A stretch of DNA of 49,706 nucleotides from Acutalibacteraceae bacterium (GCA_045532895.1 JAZSGU010000166.1:1-49706), one strand, 5' to 3'. Numbered from the stretch's first letter, positions 9,405-17,376 are shown. Notes: a model not told the origin generated them from the sequence alone. Translations and numbers: made by a program.

Positions 9405-10382
9405 TTAATATTTCCGTTCTGTCAGAGTGCCGTCAAGGAATTCGCGTCTGAACCAAACATCGGGCACTTCAAAGCTTTTTCCGTTAAGATATTCCAGGCT
9501 CCCTGCATCGGAGGTGAACATGAATTTCAAACGGTAAGAATAAAGAAACTGCTTTTTATAGCCCAAAGCTTTGTTGAGTGCGTTTGTGCCGTATTTTCCG
9601 TCGCCAAGCAGGGGGTGGCCGATGCTCGAAAAATGGGCTCTGATCTGATGCGTTCTGCCTGTCAGCAATTCAACCTCAACAAGGCTCAAACCGTCTTTTT
9701 CGGAAATAACGGAGTATTTTGTTTTTATTTCTTTTGCTCCGATTTGTTCTCGGTCAAGCACACGCACCTTGTTTTTCTTTTCGTCTTTTATCAGCCAGCC
9801 TTTGAGAAGCCCGCTTTTCTTTTTGAGAGAGCCATGAATAACGCAAAGATAATATTTTTCCAGCTCTCTGTCTTTGAGCTTTTGATTGAGTATCCGCAGA
9901 CTTTCGGCATTTTTGGCGGCTATTACGATTCCGCCCGTGTTTCGGTCAATTCTGTTGACAAGCGCAGGGGCAAAGGACTGCTCATCCTTTGGGTTATATT
10001 CGCCCTTTTCGTACAAATAACGCTTAACTCTTGTTATGAGTGTGTCATTATATTCCGTTTCATCGGGGTGAGAAAGAAGACCGACCTTTTTGTCGAGCAA
10101 CAGAATATTTTCATCCTCATAGACAATATCAATGTTTTTGGAGGCGGAAAGAAAATCGTATTTTTCGTCAACAGGTGCAAAGAATTCGTCGTTGATATAC
10201 ATGTCAACCGTGTCGCCCTCGGAAAGCTTTGCGGAAATATCGCTTTTCTTGGAATTAACTTTAATTCTTTTTGTTCTAATGTATTTGTACATCAGTGATT
10301 TCGGCAGGGCGGGGACTGCTTTTGCAATGAATTTATCAAGCCGCTGACCCGAATCGTTCTTTGAAATTATAAAAGTTTTCAA
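9405..10382 (-). CDS. RluA-family pseudouridine synthase with S4 domain (RluC-like)
   Basis: GQRLDKF S4 start, NRIDRNTGG catalytic motif, TGRTHQIRAH, GHPLLGDGKYG. Confidence 0.93.
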   Translation of the reverse strand: MKTFIISKNDSGQRLDKFIAKAVPALPKSLMYKYIRTKRIKVNSKKSDISAKLSEGDTVDMYINDEFFAPVDEKYDFLSASKNIDIVYEDENILLLDKKVGLLSHPDETEYNDTLITRVKRYLYEKGEYNPKDEQSFAPALVNRIDRNTGGIVIAAKNAESLRILNQKLKDRELEKYYLCVIHGSLKKKSGLLKGWLIKDEKKNKVRVLDREQIGAKEIKTKYSVISEKDGLSLVEVELLTGRTHQIRAHFSSIGHPLLGDGKYGTNALNKALGYKKQFLYSYRLKFMFTSDAGSLEYLNGKSFEVPDVWFRREFLDGTLTERKY

Positions 10383-10410
10383 TTAAATCGCTCCGAATTA
10401 AAAAAATGCT

Positions 10411-10438
10411 TTGCAAAACGAAGGTTTTGCGGTATAAT
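10411..10438 (+). promoter_or_regulatory. Sigma-A promoter of radC with an internal inverted repeat
   Basis: TTGCAA-16 nt-TATAAT; GCAAAAC-GAAG-GTTTTGC palindrome at 10413-10430. Confidence 0.6.
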
Positions 10439-10470
10439 AAAACAAAATATGTTAAATTGTGAGTGGAAAT

Positions 10471-11166
10471 ATGAAAAACACAGAGAATCCGCATCAAAAT
10501 CACAGAGCGCGGATGAGAGAAACCTTTAGAAAAGCGGGTGTTGAAAAAATGCCCGACCATAATCTGCTGGAGCTTCTTCTTTTTTATTCAATTCCGCGTA
10601 AGGATACAAATGAAATAGCACACAGACTTATCAGCACTTTCGGCTCGCTCAACAGAGTTTTTGATGCATCGTACGAACAGCTTGTTTCGGTTGACGGCGT
10701 TGGCGAAAGCTCCGCATTGCTTATTTCCATGGTTCCTGCAATCTGTAAACGCTATATCGACGGTAAAGCAAGGGCAAAGATTAATTTATCTGAGCCTGCG
10801 CAAGCAAAGGAATATGTTGAAAAGCTGTTTTTTGGCTGTAATTGCGAGGTTTTTTATATGCTTTGCCTTGATGCTGTCGGTAATCTTATTAATTGCTGTA
10901 AGATTGGAGTGGGTACAACCGAAAAAGTTCTTGTTGATAAAAGAGTTGTGCTTGAAACAGCATTCAGAAACAATGCCGACAAAGTGATTTTTGCTCACAA
11001 TCACCCCAACGGAGTTGCTGCTCCTTCAAAAAACGATTTGGAAATGACGGGGGAAATGAGTTCGTTGCTTTCGGGTGTAGGCATAAGACTTGCGGACCAC
11101 TTTATAGTTGCCGCAGATGAATCAATCTCACTCGCATCAATTCAAAAGTTTTCAGTGATGTTTTAA
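10471..11166 (+). CDS. radC: RadC/JAB-domain (UPF0758) protein
   Basis: HRARMRE, LLELLLFYSIPRKDT, HhH (VDGVGE), HNHPNG..PS..D, DH; GTG 10459 is an alternative start. Confidence 0.92.
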   Translation: MKNTENPHQNHRARMRETFRKAGVEKMPDHNLLELLLFYSIPRKDTNEIAHRLISTFGSLNRVFDASYEQLVSVDGVGESSALLISMVPAICKRYIDGKARAKINLSEPAQAKEYVEKLFFGCNCEVFYMLCLDAVGNLINCCKIGVGTTEKVLVDKRVVLETAFRNNADKVIFAHNHPNGVAAPSKNDLEMTGEMSSLLSGVGIRLADHFIVAADESISLASIQKFSVMF

Positions 11167-11169
11167 ATT

Positions 11170-11200
11170 GCCGCAAAATCCGAACGGGTTTTGCGGCTTC
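11170..11200. terminator. Terminator hairpin between radC and GH5
   Basis: GCCGCAAAATCC-GAAC-GGGTTTTGCGGC. Confidence 0.75.
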
Positions 11201-11208
11201 TGCTTTAT

Positions 11209-12690
11209 TTAGAATGAAATTTTAACTGTGTGCTTACCTGCGCCTGCGTTAATTTTCATCATTGCTGCACCGTTGCTGCCAACTGGCTCCAAAACATATT
11301 CCGCATCGCATTCGATGCTTTTTGCGGCCTTGTGGATATAAATTTCTGAGGGCAAACCATATTCTTTATCCTGTGTATATTCGAGAGAGAATATGTTGTT
11401 TTCTCTGTCAAGCGAATAACCGTCAATATCGCCGCAAACAGCAACGGGTGATGTTCTGACAAGGCACTGCATAATCGGGTTTTGAAGCAGACCGTCATAA
11501 TATGCCCAATATGTGTGACTCCATAGATTATTATCAAACTTATCAAGCAAATACTCTATATGATAAAGCCAGTCGGTGCCTTCAGATGCACCGCCCCATT
11601 CGCCGACGATAACGGGCACATTGAGCCTTTCCTGCGACCTTCTGTGTTCGTCAAAAATAGAGCCTACTCTTGAATTGCTTGCATATTTGTATGCGGGAGT
11701 ATCAACCATAAGATCATATGCGTGCGGAGCAAAGCAGAGCTTTTCTTCGCGCATTCCATCATAGTTGACAGCGGGTGCGGAATAAGGAATGCCGAGGTTT
11801 GAATAATAGCTGTTTTCCATGATGATTATGCCGTTATCAGTAACCTCGCGGACAGCCTTTGCCGTGTTGTTTATGAATTTTGAATAAGCACCCGTATCAA
11901 ATTTTCTGATGAGCTCATCGCCCGCACTTGTTACCTTTCTGAAAAGCGAGGGGTCATTAAACGGCTCCAGAACGCGGATTGCGTTGCCGGTAACAAGCTG
12001 CTTTATCATCCAAAGCTTTTTGCATCTCTTATCGGTGATAACAGTTTTTGCAAGGTTCATTATAAGCTTTCTGAAAACCTTGCCGCCGTCTGTGCCGGGG
12101 AAGGGCTCGTTGAGCAGGTCGAAGCCGAAAAGAGCAGGGTGGTCTTTGAATCTTTCAGCCACATGCTTCCACATGTTGCAATAATATGTCTGCAGGGGAA
12201 TGCCGTTAACCTTATCGTTTGCCCAGAAGTGGTCAAATGCTCTGTGCACAGCCTTGCCCCAGAAATAACCCTCAGCCCATACAAGCTTTGTCGGCGTGAA
12301 CTTTGCGCCGTCAGTAATGCATGCCCATGCGGGTGCGCCGTCGCCGGCTGTGAGGGGAGCTCCGCTGTAAAGGTCCTGATGCATGTCCAAATAGAAATAA
12401 ATTCCGTATTTTGCGCAAAGGTCAGCAACCTTCTGAATTTTGTCAAGATTTTCTTCATTATATTTTCCCGGCTCGGGCTCGATTGAATCCCATGTTAATC
12501 CGAGTCTGACAAGATTAAAGCCCTTTTGGCTCAGTTCCGAAATCAATTCTTCTTTAAAATCGAATGCATACTGTCTTTCTGATTTTTCATCGGGATGCCA
12601 GCCCTTTTCGCAAAGGTTAACACCGTTAAAAATCCGTTGTCTGCCTGCGGAGTCGATGAACTTTTTTTCAAATGTTGTGATTTTCAGCAT
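11209..12690 (-). CDS. GH5 glycoside hydrolase, endoglycoceramidase-like, no signal peptide
   Basis: GRQRIFNGVN, LDMHQDLY, GDGAPAWA, LNEP (acid/base), APHAY, VGEWG (nucleophile), C-terminal beta domain. Confidence 0.85.
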   Translation of the reverse strand: MLKITTFEKKFIDSAGRQRIFNGVNLCEKGWHPDEKSERQYAFDFKEELISELSQKGFNLVRLGLTWDSIEPEPGKYNEENLDKIQKVADLCAKYGIYFYLDMHQDLYSGAPLTAGDGAPAWACITDGAKFTPTKLVWAEGYFWGKAVHRAFDHFWANDKVNGIPLQTYYCNMWKHVAERFKDHPALFGFDLLNEPFPGTDGGKVFRKLIMNLAKTVITDKRCKKLWMIKQLVTGNAIRVLEPFNDPSLFRKVTSAGDELIRKFDTGAYSKFINNTAKAVREVTDNGIIIMENSYYSNLGIPYSAPAVNYDGMREEKLCFAPHAYDLMVDTPAYKYASNSRVGSIFDEHRRSQERLNVPVIVGEWGGASEGTDWLYHIEYLLDKFDNNLWSHTYWAYYDGLLQNPIMQCLVRTSPVAVCGDIDGYSLDRENNIFSLEYTQDKEYGLPSEIYIHKAAKSIECDAEYVLEPVGSNGAAMMKINAGAGKHTVKISF

Positions 12691-12731
12691 AGAAACAAGT
12701 CCTTTCTTTAATTGTAAAAACTACTATTATA

Positions 12732-12805
12732 ATTATAACATTATATTTTTACTTTTGCAACATTTGATATTTCCTATTGCTTTGTTAAAAATTGTATGAT
12801 ATACT
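12732..12805. promoter_or_regulatory. Divergent sigma-A promoters (GH5 and ADH)
   Basis: Minus: TTGCAA(12760-12755)-17-TATAAT(12737-12732); plus: TTGCTT(12777)-17-TATACT(12800); both with extended TG. Confidence 0.65.
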
Positions 12806-12849
12806 TTAAATATATTTTAGTAAAAATTATACAGATAGGGGTAATTATT

Positions 12850-14064
12850 TTGGCAGCTTCAACACTTTTCAAAATGTATTGCAGAACATATCAGGGCATT
12901 TTCCGCGTTGCGGTTAACTTCCTTAATTGGAAAGAGCCCGAGCTTGTCAAGGGCGCAGGCAGCGTGAAAAAGCTTCCCGAGGTTGTTAAGGCAAACGGCC
13001 ACAACAGCGTGCTTGTCGTAACCGACAAAGGACTTATGGGTCTTCATCTTCTCGACGGTCTTTTTGACGGTCTTGAAAAGTCCGGTGTTAAATATGTTGT
13101 TTATGACGGCACACAGCCCAACCCCACAATCAACAACATAGAAGATGCAAGGCAGCTTTATGCCGATAACAACTGCTCTGCCGTTATCGCTTTCGGCGGC
13201 GGCTCACCCATGGACTGCGCAAAGGTTGCGGCTGCAAGAATCGCAAGACCCAACAAAACAGTTCAGAAAATGCGCGGCACGCTCAAAATCCTCAAAAAAC
13301 TGCCTACTATTTATGCAGTTCCCACAACAGCGGGCACAGGCTCCGAAACCACCATTGCCGCTGTTGTTTCTGACCCCACAACTCATGAAAAATATGCTCT
13401 TCAGGACCCCGTTCTTCGCCCGAAGTATGCGGTTCTTGACCCCGAGCTTACTGTTGGTCTGCCCCCTCACATAACTTCAACAACCGGCATGGATGCTCTC
13501 ACTCATGCTGTTGAAGCCTATATCGGCCACAGCAACACAAAGGATACCGCTGCTGCCGCCGAAAAGGCAACAAGAATGATTTTTGATAATATCCTCAAGG
13601 TTTATGAAAACGGCAAGGATATTCAGGCAAGAGAAAACATGCTTGAAGCTTCTTATCTTGCAGGCATCGCATTCACAAGGGCGTATGTCGGCTATGTTCA
13701 TGCAATCGCTCACAACCTTGGCGGCATGTACGGAACACCTCACGGCCTTGCAAACGCAGTTATTCTGCCTTATGTTCTTGAATATTTCGGCGAAACCGCT
13801 CATAAGCCTCTTGCAAAGCTTGCCGATGTTGCTGGCCTTGAAACAAATGGTCTTTCCGAGGCTCAAAAGGCAAACCTTTTCATCGCCAAGGTTAAAGAGC
13901 TCAACAAGCTTCTCAACATTCCCGAGCATATCGAGATTTTCGAAAAGGATATTCCCACAATCGCTCAAAGGGCGTTCAAAGAAGGCAATCCTCTTTATCC
14001 CGTTCCCAAGATTATGGATATTGATGACTTGAAGTGCGTCATCAGAAAGATAGGAAATCTTTAA
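12850..14064 (+). CDS. Iron-containing alcohol dehydrogenase
   Basis: GGGSPMD, PTTAGTGSE, metal ligands DALTHA, HAIAH, PHG; TTG 12850 after AGGGG. Confidence 0.92.
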   Translation: MAASTLFKMYCRTYQGIFRVAVNFLNWKEPELVKGAGSVKKLPEVVKANGHNSVLVVTDKGLMGLHLLDGLFDGLEKSGVKYVVYDGTQPNPTINNIEDARQLYADNNCSAVIAFGGGSPMDCAKVAAARIARPNKTVQKMRGTLKILKKLPTIYAVPTTAGTGSETTIAAVVSDPTTHEKYALQDPVLRPKYAVLDPELTVGLPPHITSTTGMDALTHAVEAYIGHSNTKDTAAAAEKATRMIFDNILKVYENGKDIQARENMLEASYLAGIAFTRAYVGYVHAIAHNLGGMYGTPHGLANAVILPYVLEYFGETAHKPLAKLADVAGLETNGLSEAQKANLFIAKVKELNKLLNIPEHIEIFEKDIPTIAQRAFKEGNPLYPVPKIMDIDDLKCVIRKIGNL

Positions 14065-14069
14065 TTAAT

Positions 14070-14104
14070 AAAACGGGCAATTCTGCGTAATTGTCCGTTT
14101 TTTT
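14070..14104 (+). terminator. Intrinsic terminator
   Basis: AAAACGGGCAATT...AATTGTCCGTTTTTT. Confidence 0.8.
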
Positions 14105-14172
14105 GAACAAATTTTTAATGAAACGGAAACATTTTTGTATTATAATGAAAGCATAAGAAAGGAGTGCGAGTA

Positions 14173-15450
14173 ATGAAATTTAATAAAGTATTAAGCTTTG
14201 TTCTGGTATCTGTAATTATTTTTTCTTCGTTCACATTAACCGGTTTTGCAGCCAAGGACAGCTGGCAGCCGAAAAATAAAGAGCCTTTTGTTTTTGTTCA
14301 CGGTCTTAACGGCTGGGGCGGTGCAGAGGGTATCAACGGTCTTATTCCTTATTGGGGCGCAACAACGGGCGACCTTATGCAGTATTTGCAGCAGCAGGGT
14401 TACGAATGCTATTCGGCTTCGGTGGGACCTCTGAGCAGCGCGTGGGACAGAGCATGTGAGCTTTATGCACAGATTATCGGCTCAAGGGTTGATTACGGCG
14501 TTGCGCACTCCAAAAAATATAATCATGACAGATACGGCAGAACATATTATACTCCCCTTATTCCCGAATGGGGTGAGCTTGATGAAAACGGCAAGATTCA
14601 TCAGATTCATCTTATCGGTCACAGCTTCGGCGGCACAACCGTCAGAATGCTCATTCAGCTTCTTACCGAGGGCTCGCCCGAGGAAATGGCGGCAACGGAC
14701 CCAAATGAAATTTCGGAGCTTTTCACGGGCGGAAAAGGCGATTGGGTAAAGAGCGCAACAACCATATGCACTCCGCACAACAGTGCCTCGGTTTATTATC
14801 CGCTTGTAAGTCTCGGTTTATACGATATCGTGCAGACAGTAAGCTATCTTTATGCAGGTATAGCGGGCAGAACATATTTCAACGGCAGGCTTGTTGACTT
14901 TCATCTTGAGCAATACGGCTTAACCGAAATCCCCGGTGAAGGCGGAGCTGATAATCTTTTCAAAGCAATGAAGCTTGTTCTTGAAAACGGCGATGATTCC
15001 TGCCTTTATGACCTGACTCCCGAGGGCACGGCAAAGCTTTATGACGAGCTTTCAATCAATGAGAATATATATTATTTCTCATATGCTTTCTCCACGACGA
15101 ATGAAATTGAGTTTCTCGGCATTGAAATGCCTGCATTTAACACAAACCCTGTTATTTATCTGACAGCTGTTATGATGGGTATTATGCCCGAATTCACAGA
15201 CCCCGAAACGGGTGTTGTTTACGATGAGAGTTGGCATGCAAACGACGCTTTGATCAATACCGAAAGTGCCAAATATCCGCTCGACGAGCCTCACAAGGAT
15301 TTTGACAAAGAGAATATCGAAAAGGGTGTCTGGAATGTTATGCCCGTTGAAGAGGGAGACCACGGAGCGGCGATAGGTCTTTTCTCTGATAAGCAAAAAA
15401 CGCAGGAATTCTATCTTAAGCTTTGTGAAATGCTTTGTGAATTGCCTTAA
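14173..15450 (+). CDS. Secreted lipase (Geobacillus/Staphylococcus family I.5/I.6-like)
   Basis: Signal peptide, VFVHGLNGWG, GHSFGG nucleophile elbow, SAWDRACE and HxxxxxH Zn-site pattern, ND and DH catalytic motifs. Confidence 0.9.
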   Translation: MKFNKVLSFVLVSVIIFSSFTLTGFAAKDSWQPKNKEPFVFVHGLNGWGGAEGINGLIPYWGATTGDLMQYLQQQGYECYSASVGPLSSAWDRACELYAQIIGSRVDYGVAHSKKYNHDRYGRTYYTPLIPEWGELDENGKIHQIHLIGHSFGGTTVRMLIQLLTEGSPEEMAATDPNEISELFTGGKGDWVKSATTICTPHNSASVYYPLVSLGLYDIVQTVSYLYAGIAGRTYFNGRLVDFHLEQYGLTEIPGEGGADNLFKAMKLVLENGDDSCLYDLTPEGTAKLYDELSINENIYYFSYAFSTTNEIEFLGIEMPAFNTNPVIYLTAVMMGIMPEFTDPETGVVYDESWHANDALINTESAKYPLDEPHKDFDKENIEKGVWNVMPVEEGDHGAAIGLFSDKQKTQEFYLKLCEMLCELP

Positions 15451-15462
15451 TAACTTAAAAGC

Positions 15463-15490
15463 AAGGGTCGGTGCATGCACCGACCCTTTT
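15463..15490. terminator. Bidirectional terminator (perfect 26-bp palindrome)
   Basis: AAGGGTCGGTGCA|TGCACCGACCCTT between convergent genes. Confidence 0.8.
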
Positions 15491-16056
15491 TATATATGAC
15501 GCATTTTGAGAATTTTTTTTAAAAGCTCCGAAAGCGGAACAATAAGAAGCCCCGCTGCAAAGTTGCCTACGGCATGAACAGTGTCCCATGTAAGCCCCGC
15601 GGCAATCCATGCAAGCGTCTGTTTAAAATCAAAGCCGAACATGAGTGCTTGTGCAGGGGCATAAAGAATGCCGAACGAAAGCCCGTGTAAGCAGCAAACT
15701 ATCGGATAAACGATGCACGCTGTCTTTTTCTTCATGTTTTTCGGCAGCAGCATAGTAATTGCCCAAAGAATTGTCCAAATATAGAGATAAGGTATCCACC
15801 ACAATGAAAAGCCGCCGTAAAGCCCGTTTATCATAACATAAACATAAATGGGAATTAGCGCTTTTTTGCGAAAAACTACCGTATAAACCATTGTCAGCAT
15901 TCCGAGCAGGTGAATGTTTGGCAATGCCTCCATAAGAATTTTGGAGCAGAACATGATTGTGCCGAGCATTGCAAATATGACTGTTTCCTGAATTTTCTGC
16001 AGTCTGCTGCTGCTGTTATTACTTTGTGTATTCAAGGCTGTATACCGCGTTTTCAT
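15490..16056 (-). CDS. ECF transporter S component, CbrT-like (corrinoid uptake)
   Basis: About 6 TM segments, ALPNI motif, downstream of cobalamin riboswitch; start uncertain (overlaps upstream gene by 38 nt). Confidence 0.75.
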   Translation of the reverse strand: MKTRYTALNTQSNNSSSRLQKIQETVIFAMLGTIMFCSKILMEALPNIHLLGMLTMVYTVVFRKKALIPIYVYVMINGLYGGFSLWWIPYLYIWTILWAITMLLPKNMKKKTACIVYPIVCCLHGLSFGILYAPAQALMFGFDFKQTLAWIAAGLTWDTVHAVGNFAAGLLIVPLSELLKKILKMRHI

Positions 16057-16447
16057 CGATTTGAGCGCCGTCTATGCCCGTTGTTGCGTATTCGCCGTTA
16101 ACATAGAATGCCCAATAGCTTTGGTCAACATCATAGTCTGCTGTTACGCCGTTAACGCTTTTGATATAAAGACCGTAGGCTCCTTGTTCGCCCGAAATAA
16201 GATTATTCTCAATTAGTGCCTCGCCGAGAATTGTTCTATCCGTATGCACGGTAAAGGTAACGGTTTTATCCTCAATTTTAACCTCAACAACAGCGGTGGT
16301 TGCGCCTTCGCCCAACTCGGTGTCCTCAAGATAAATTGCGTTTTCCCAAAGACCCCTGCCTGCGGGTGCGTTTGTGCATGCTCCGAGGCAGAGAACAAAT
16401 ACCAACGAGAGTATTACGGAAATTGCAGAGTTGATTGTTTTCTTCAT
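16019..16447 (-). CDS. DUF4430 (transcobalamin C-terminal-like) lipoprotein
   Basis: Lipobox LGAC; GLYIKSVNG...YWAFYVNGEYATTG signature; riboswitch context. Confidence 0.85.
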   Translation of the reverse strand: MKKTINSAISVILSLVFVLCLGACTNAPAGRGLWENAIYLEDTELGEGATTAVVEVKIEDKTVTFTVHTDRTILGEALIENNLISGEQGAYGLYIKSVNGVTADYDVDQSYWAFYVNGEYATTGIDGAQIDENAVYSLEYTK

Positions 16448-16485
16448 TTTTTACAATCCTTTCGTTTTTTCAATTTCCAAAAGAA

Positions 16486-16513
16486 TAAAAATAAAAGCAC
16501 CCTCCAAGGGTGC
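16486..16513 (-). terminator. Riboswitch-associated intrinsic terminator
   Basis: Minus strand GCACCCT-TGG-AGGGTGC-TTTTATTTTT in the leader. Confidence 0.75.
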
Positions 16514-16521
16514 ATGTATAG

Positions 16522-16714
16522 GGCTGAATATCCTGCCATATTTCAGCCGAAACACATCCCCCCATGTTGCCCGAGAGACTTTTATGTGTCACAGAGCGAT
16601 AAGCATTCCGACTTTTACGGTAATGGCTGTTGCTACGGATTTTCACCGCGATTTCCTTATCATCGGGCATGTGTTCCATACCCGATAACGGACAAAAACT
16701 GCCCGATGCTCTGC
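16522..16714 (-). ncRNA. Cobalamin riboswitch (short class-II / AdoCbl-variant-like)
   Basis: Minus strand AAGGAAATCGCGGTGAAAATCCG...GCCATTACCGTAAAAGTCGGAATGC; closing helix GCAGAGC/GCTCTGT; GCCAT complementary to ATGGC in downstream hairpin 16522-16548; upstream of corrinoid-uptake-type genes. Confidence 0.85.
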
Positions 16715-16734
16715 GTTTATTATTTTGTGGTTAC

Positions 16735-16763
16735 ATTATACAAAGCGATTATTGTTTTGTCAA
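16735..16763 (-). promoter_or_regulatory. Consensus sigma-A promoter of the riboswitch operon
   Basis: TTGACA-17 nt-TATAAT, perfect match. Confidence 0.9.
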
Positions 16764-16839
16764 TCGGTGTTATCAGCGAATTGTTACAAAAAAATTCCAA
16801 CAAATTTTTTTGGAGTGAATTGCAGTCACTTTACTAGTT

Positions 16840-16998
16840 TTGTTCAAAAACAACAAATTTTGCGGTTGGAAATATACAAAATAACCAAAATTAAATTTGT
16901 TTTATCTTTAATTATGTTGAGGCTGAATAATTCAGAAAAGCAAAATATTTGTTGATATTGCACAAAAGCGACAACGGTATTTTGTGCAAATTCACTTG
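16840..16998. promoter_or_regulatory. Array of TTGT-N9-ACAA operator-like sites
   Basis: Full sites at 16840-16856 and 16949-16965, partial sites at 16872 and 16982; inverted repeat TTGCACAAAA-N12-TTTTGTGCAA 16958-16989. Confidence 0.55.
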
Positions 16999-17023
16999 AC
17001 TTTTTCGCAAAACAGAGTATAAT
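16996..17023 (+). promoter_or_regulatory. Sigma-A promoter of the 43-aa ORF
   Basis: TTGACT-16 nt-TATAAT. Confidence 0.8.
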
Positions 17024-17054
17024 AAAGACACAACGAAACGAAAGGATGAATGTT

Positions 17055-17186
17055 ATGAAATTCTACGAAATGTCCAACTACAATGCAGAGAAAAAACTCC
17101 TCAACGAAATCGAAAACGAAAAGAAGTTCCTTACATTCAAAAAGCTTTACAAAATCATGAAGCTCAACGCTTTGCTTAACGCATAA
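17055..17186 (+). CDS. Small hypothetical protein, 43 aa (MKFYEMSNYNAEKKLLNEIENEKKFLTFKKLYKIMKLNALLNA)
   Basis: Below the ORF-track cutoff; own promoter, SD GAAAGGA at 17040-17046, preferred codons TTC/TAC/AAC/ATC, downstream terminator. Confidence 0.8.
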   Translation: MKFYEMSNYNAEKKLLNEIENEKKFLTFKKLYKIMKLNALLNA

Positions 17187-17287
17187 GCCTGAGGAACGGC
17201 TTTTTGCCCGCTAAAAACATCAACCCGCAAGGTTGATTTTATATAATCTGAGTAAGGGCTTCCCACTCAGAAATTCGGATAACAACG

Positions 17288-17329
17288 CAGACCGCAACAA
17301 AGAGTTTTATCTTTGTTCGGTCTGTTTTT
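17288..17329 (+). terminator. Intrinsic terminator ending the small-ORF transcript
   Basis: CAGACCG(C)AACAAAGA-loop-TCTTTGTTCGGTCTG-TTTTT. Confidence 0.75.
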
Positions 17330-17376
17330 GATTTTTATATCATATACTTCCAATATAACAGTTTTGGGGGTGTGAA

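Noticed and set aside
9402-10298. 298-aa plus-strand ORF
   Set aside because: Antisense shadow of the RluA-family gene; no SD or recognisable motifs
10471-11166. radC as a marker of a mobile element or defence island
   Set aside because: Full-length HhH plus JAB form among housekeeping genes; no mobility genes nearby
12782-12799. Rex operator upstream of ADH
   Set aside because: Only the left half-site (TTGTTAA) matches; the right half is poor
15463-15488. Perfect 26-bp palindrome as a recombination site or MITE
   Set aside because: Single copy in the window, located between convergent stop codons; a terminator is sufficient
16244-16837. 197-aa and other ORFs over the riboswitch leader
   Set aside because: Region is explained by promoter, riboswitch, terminator and the lipoprotein gene on the minus strand
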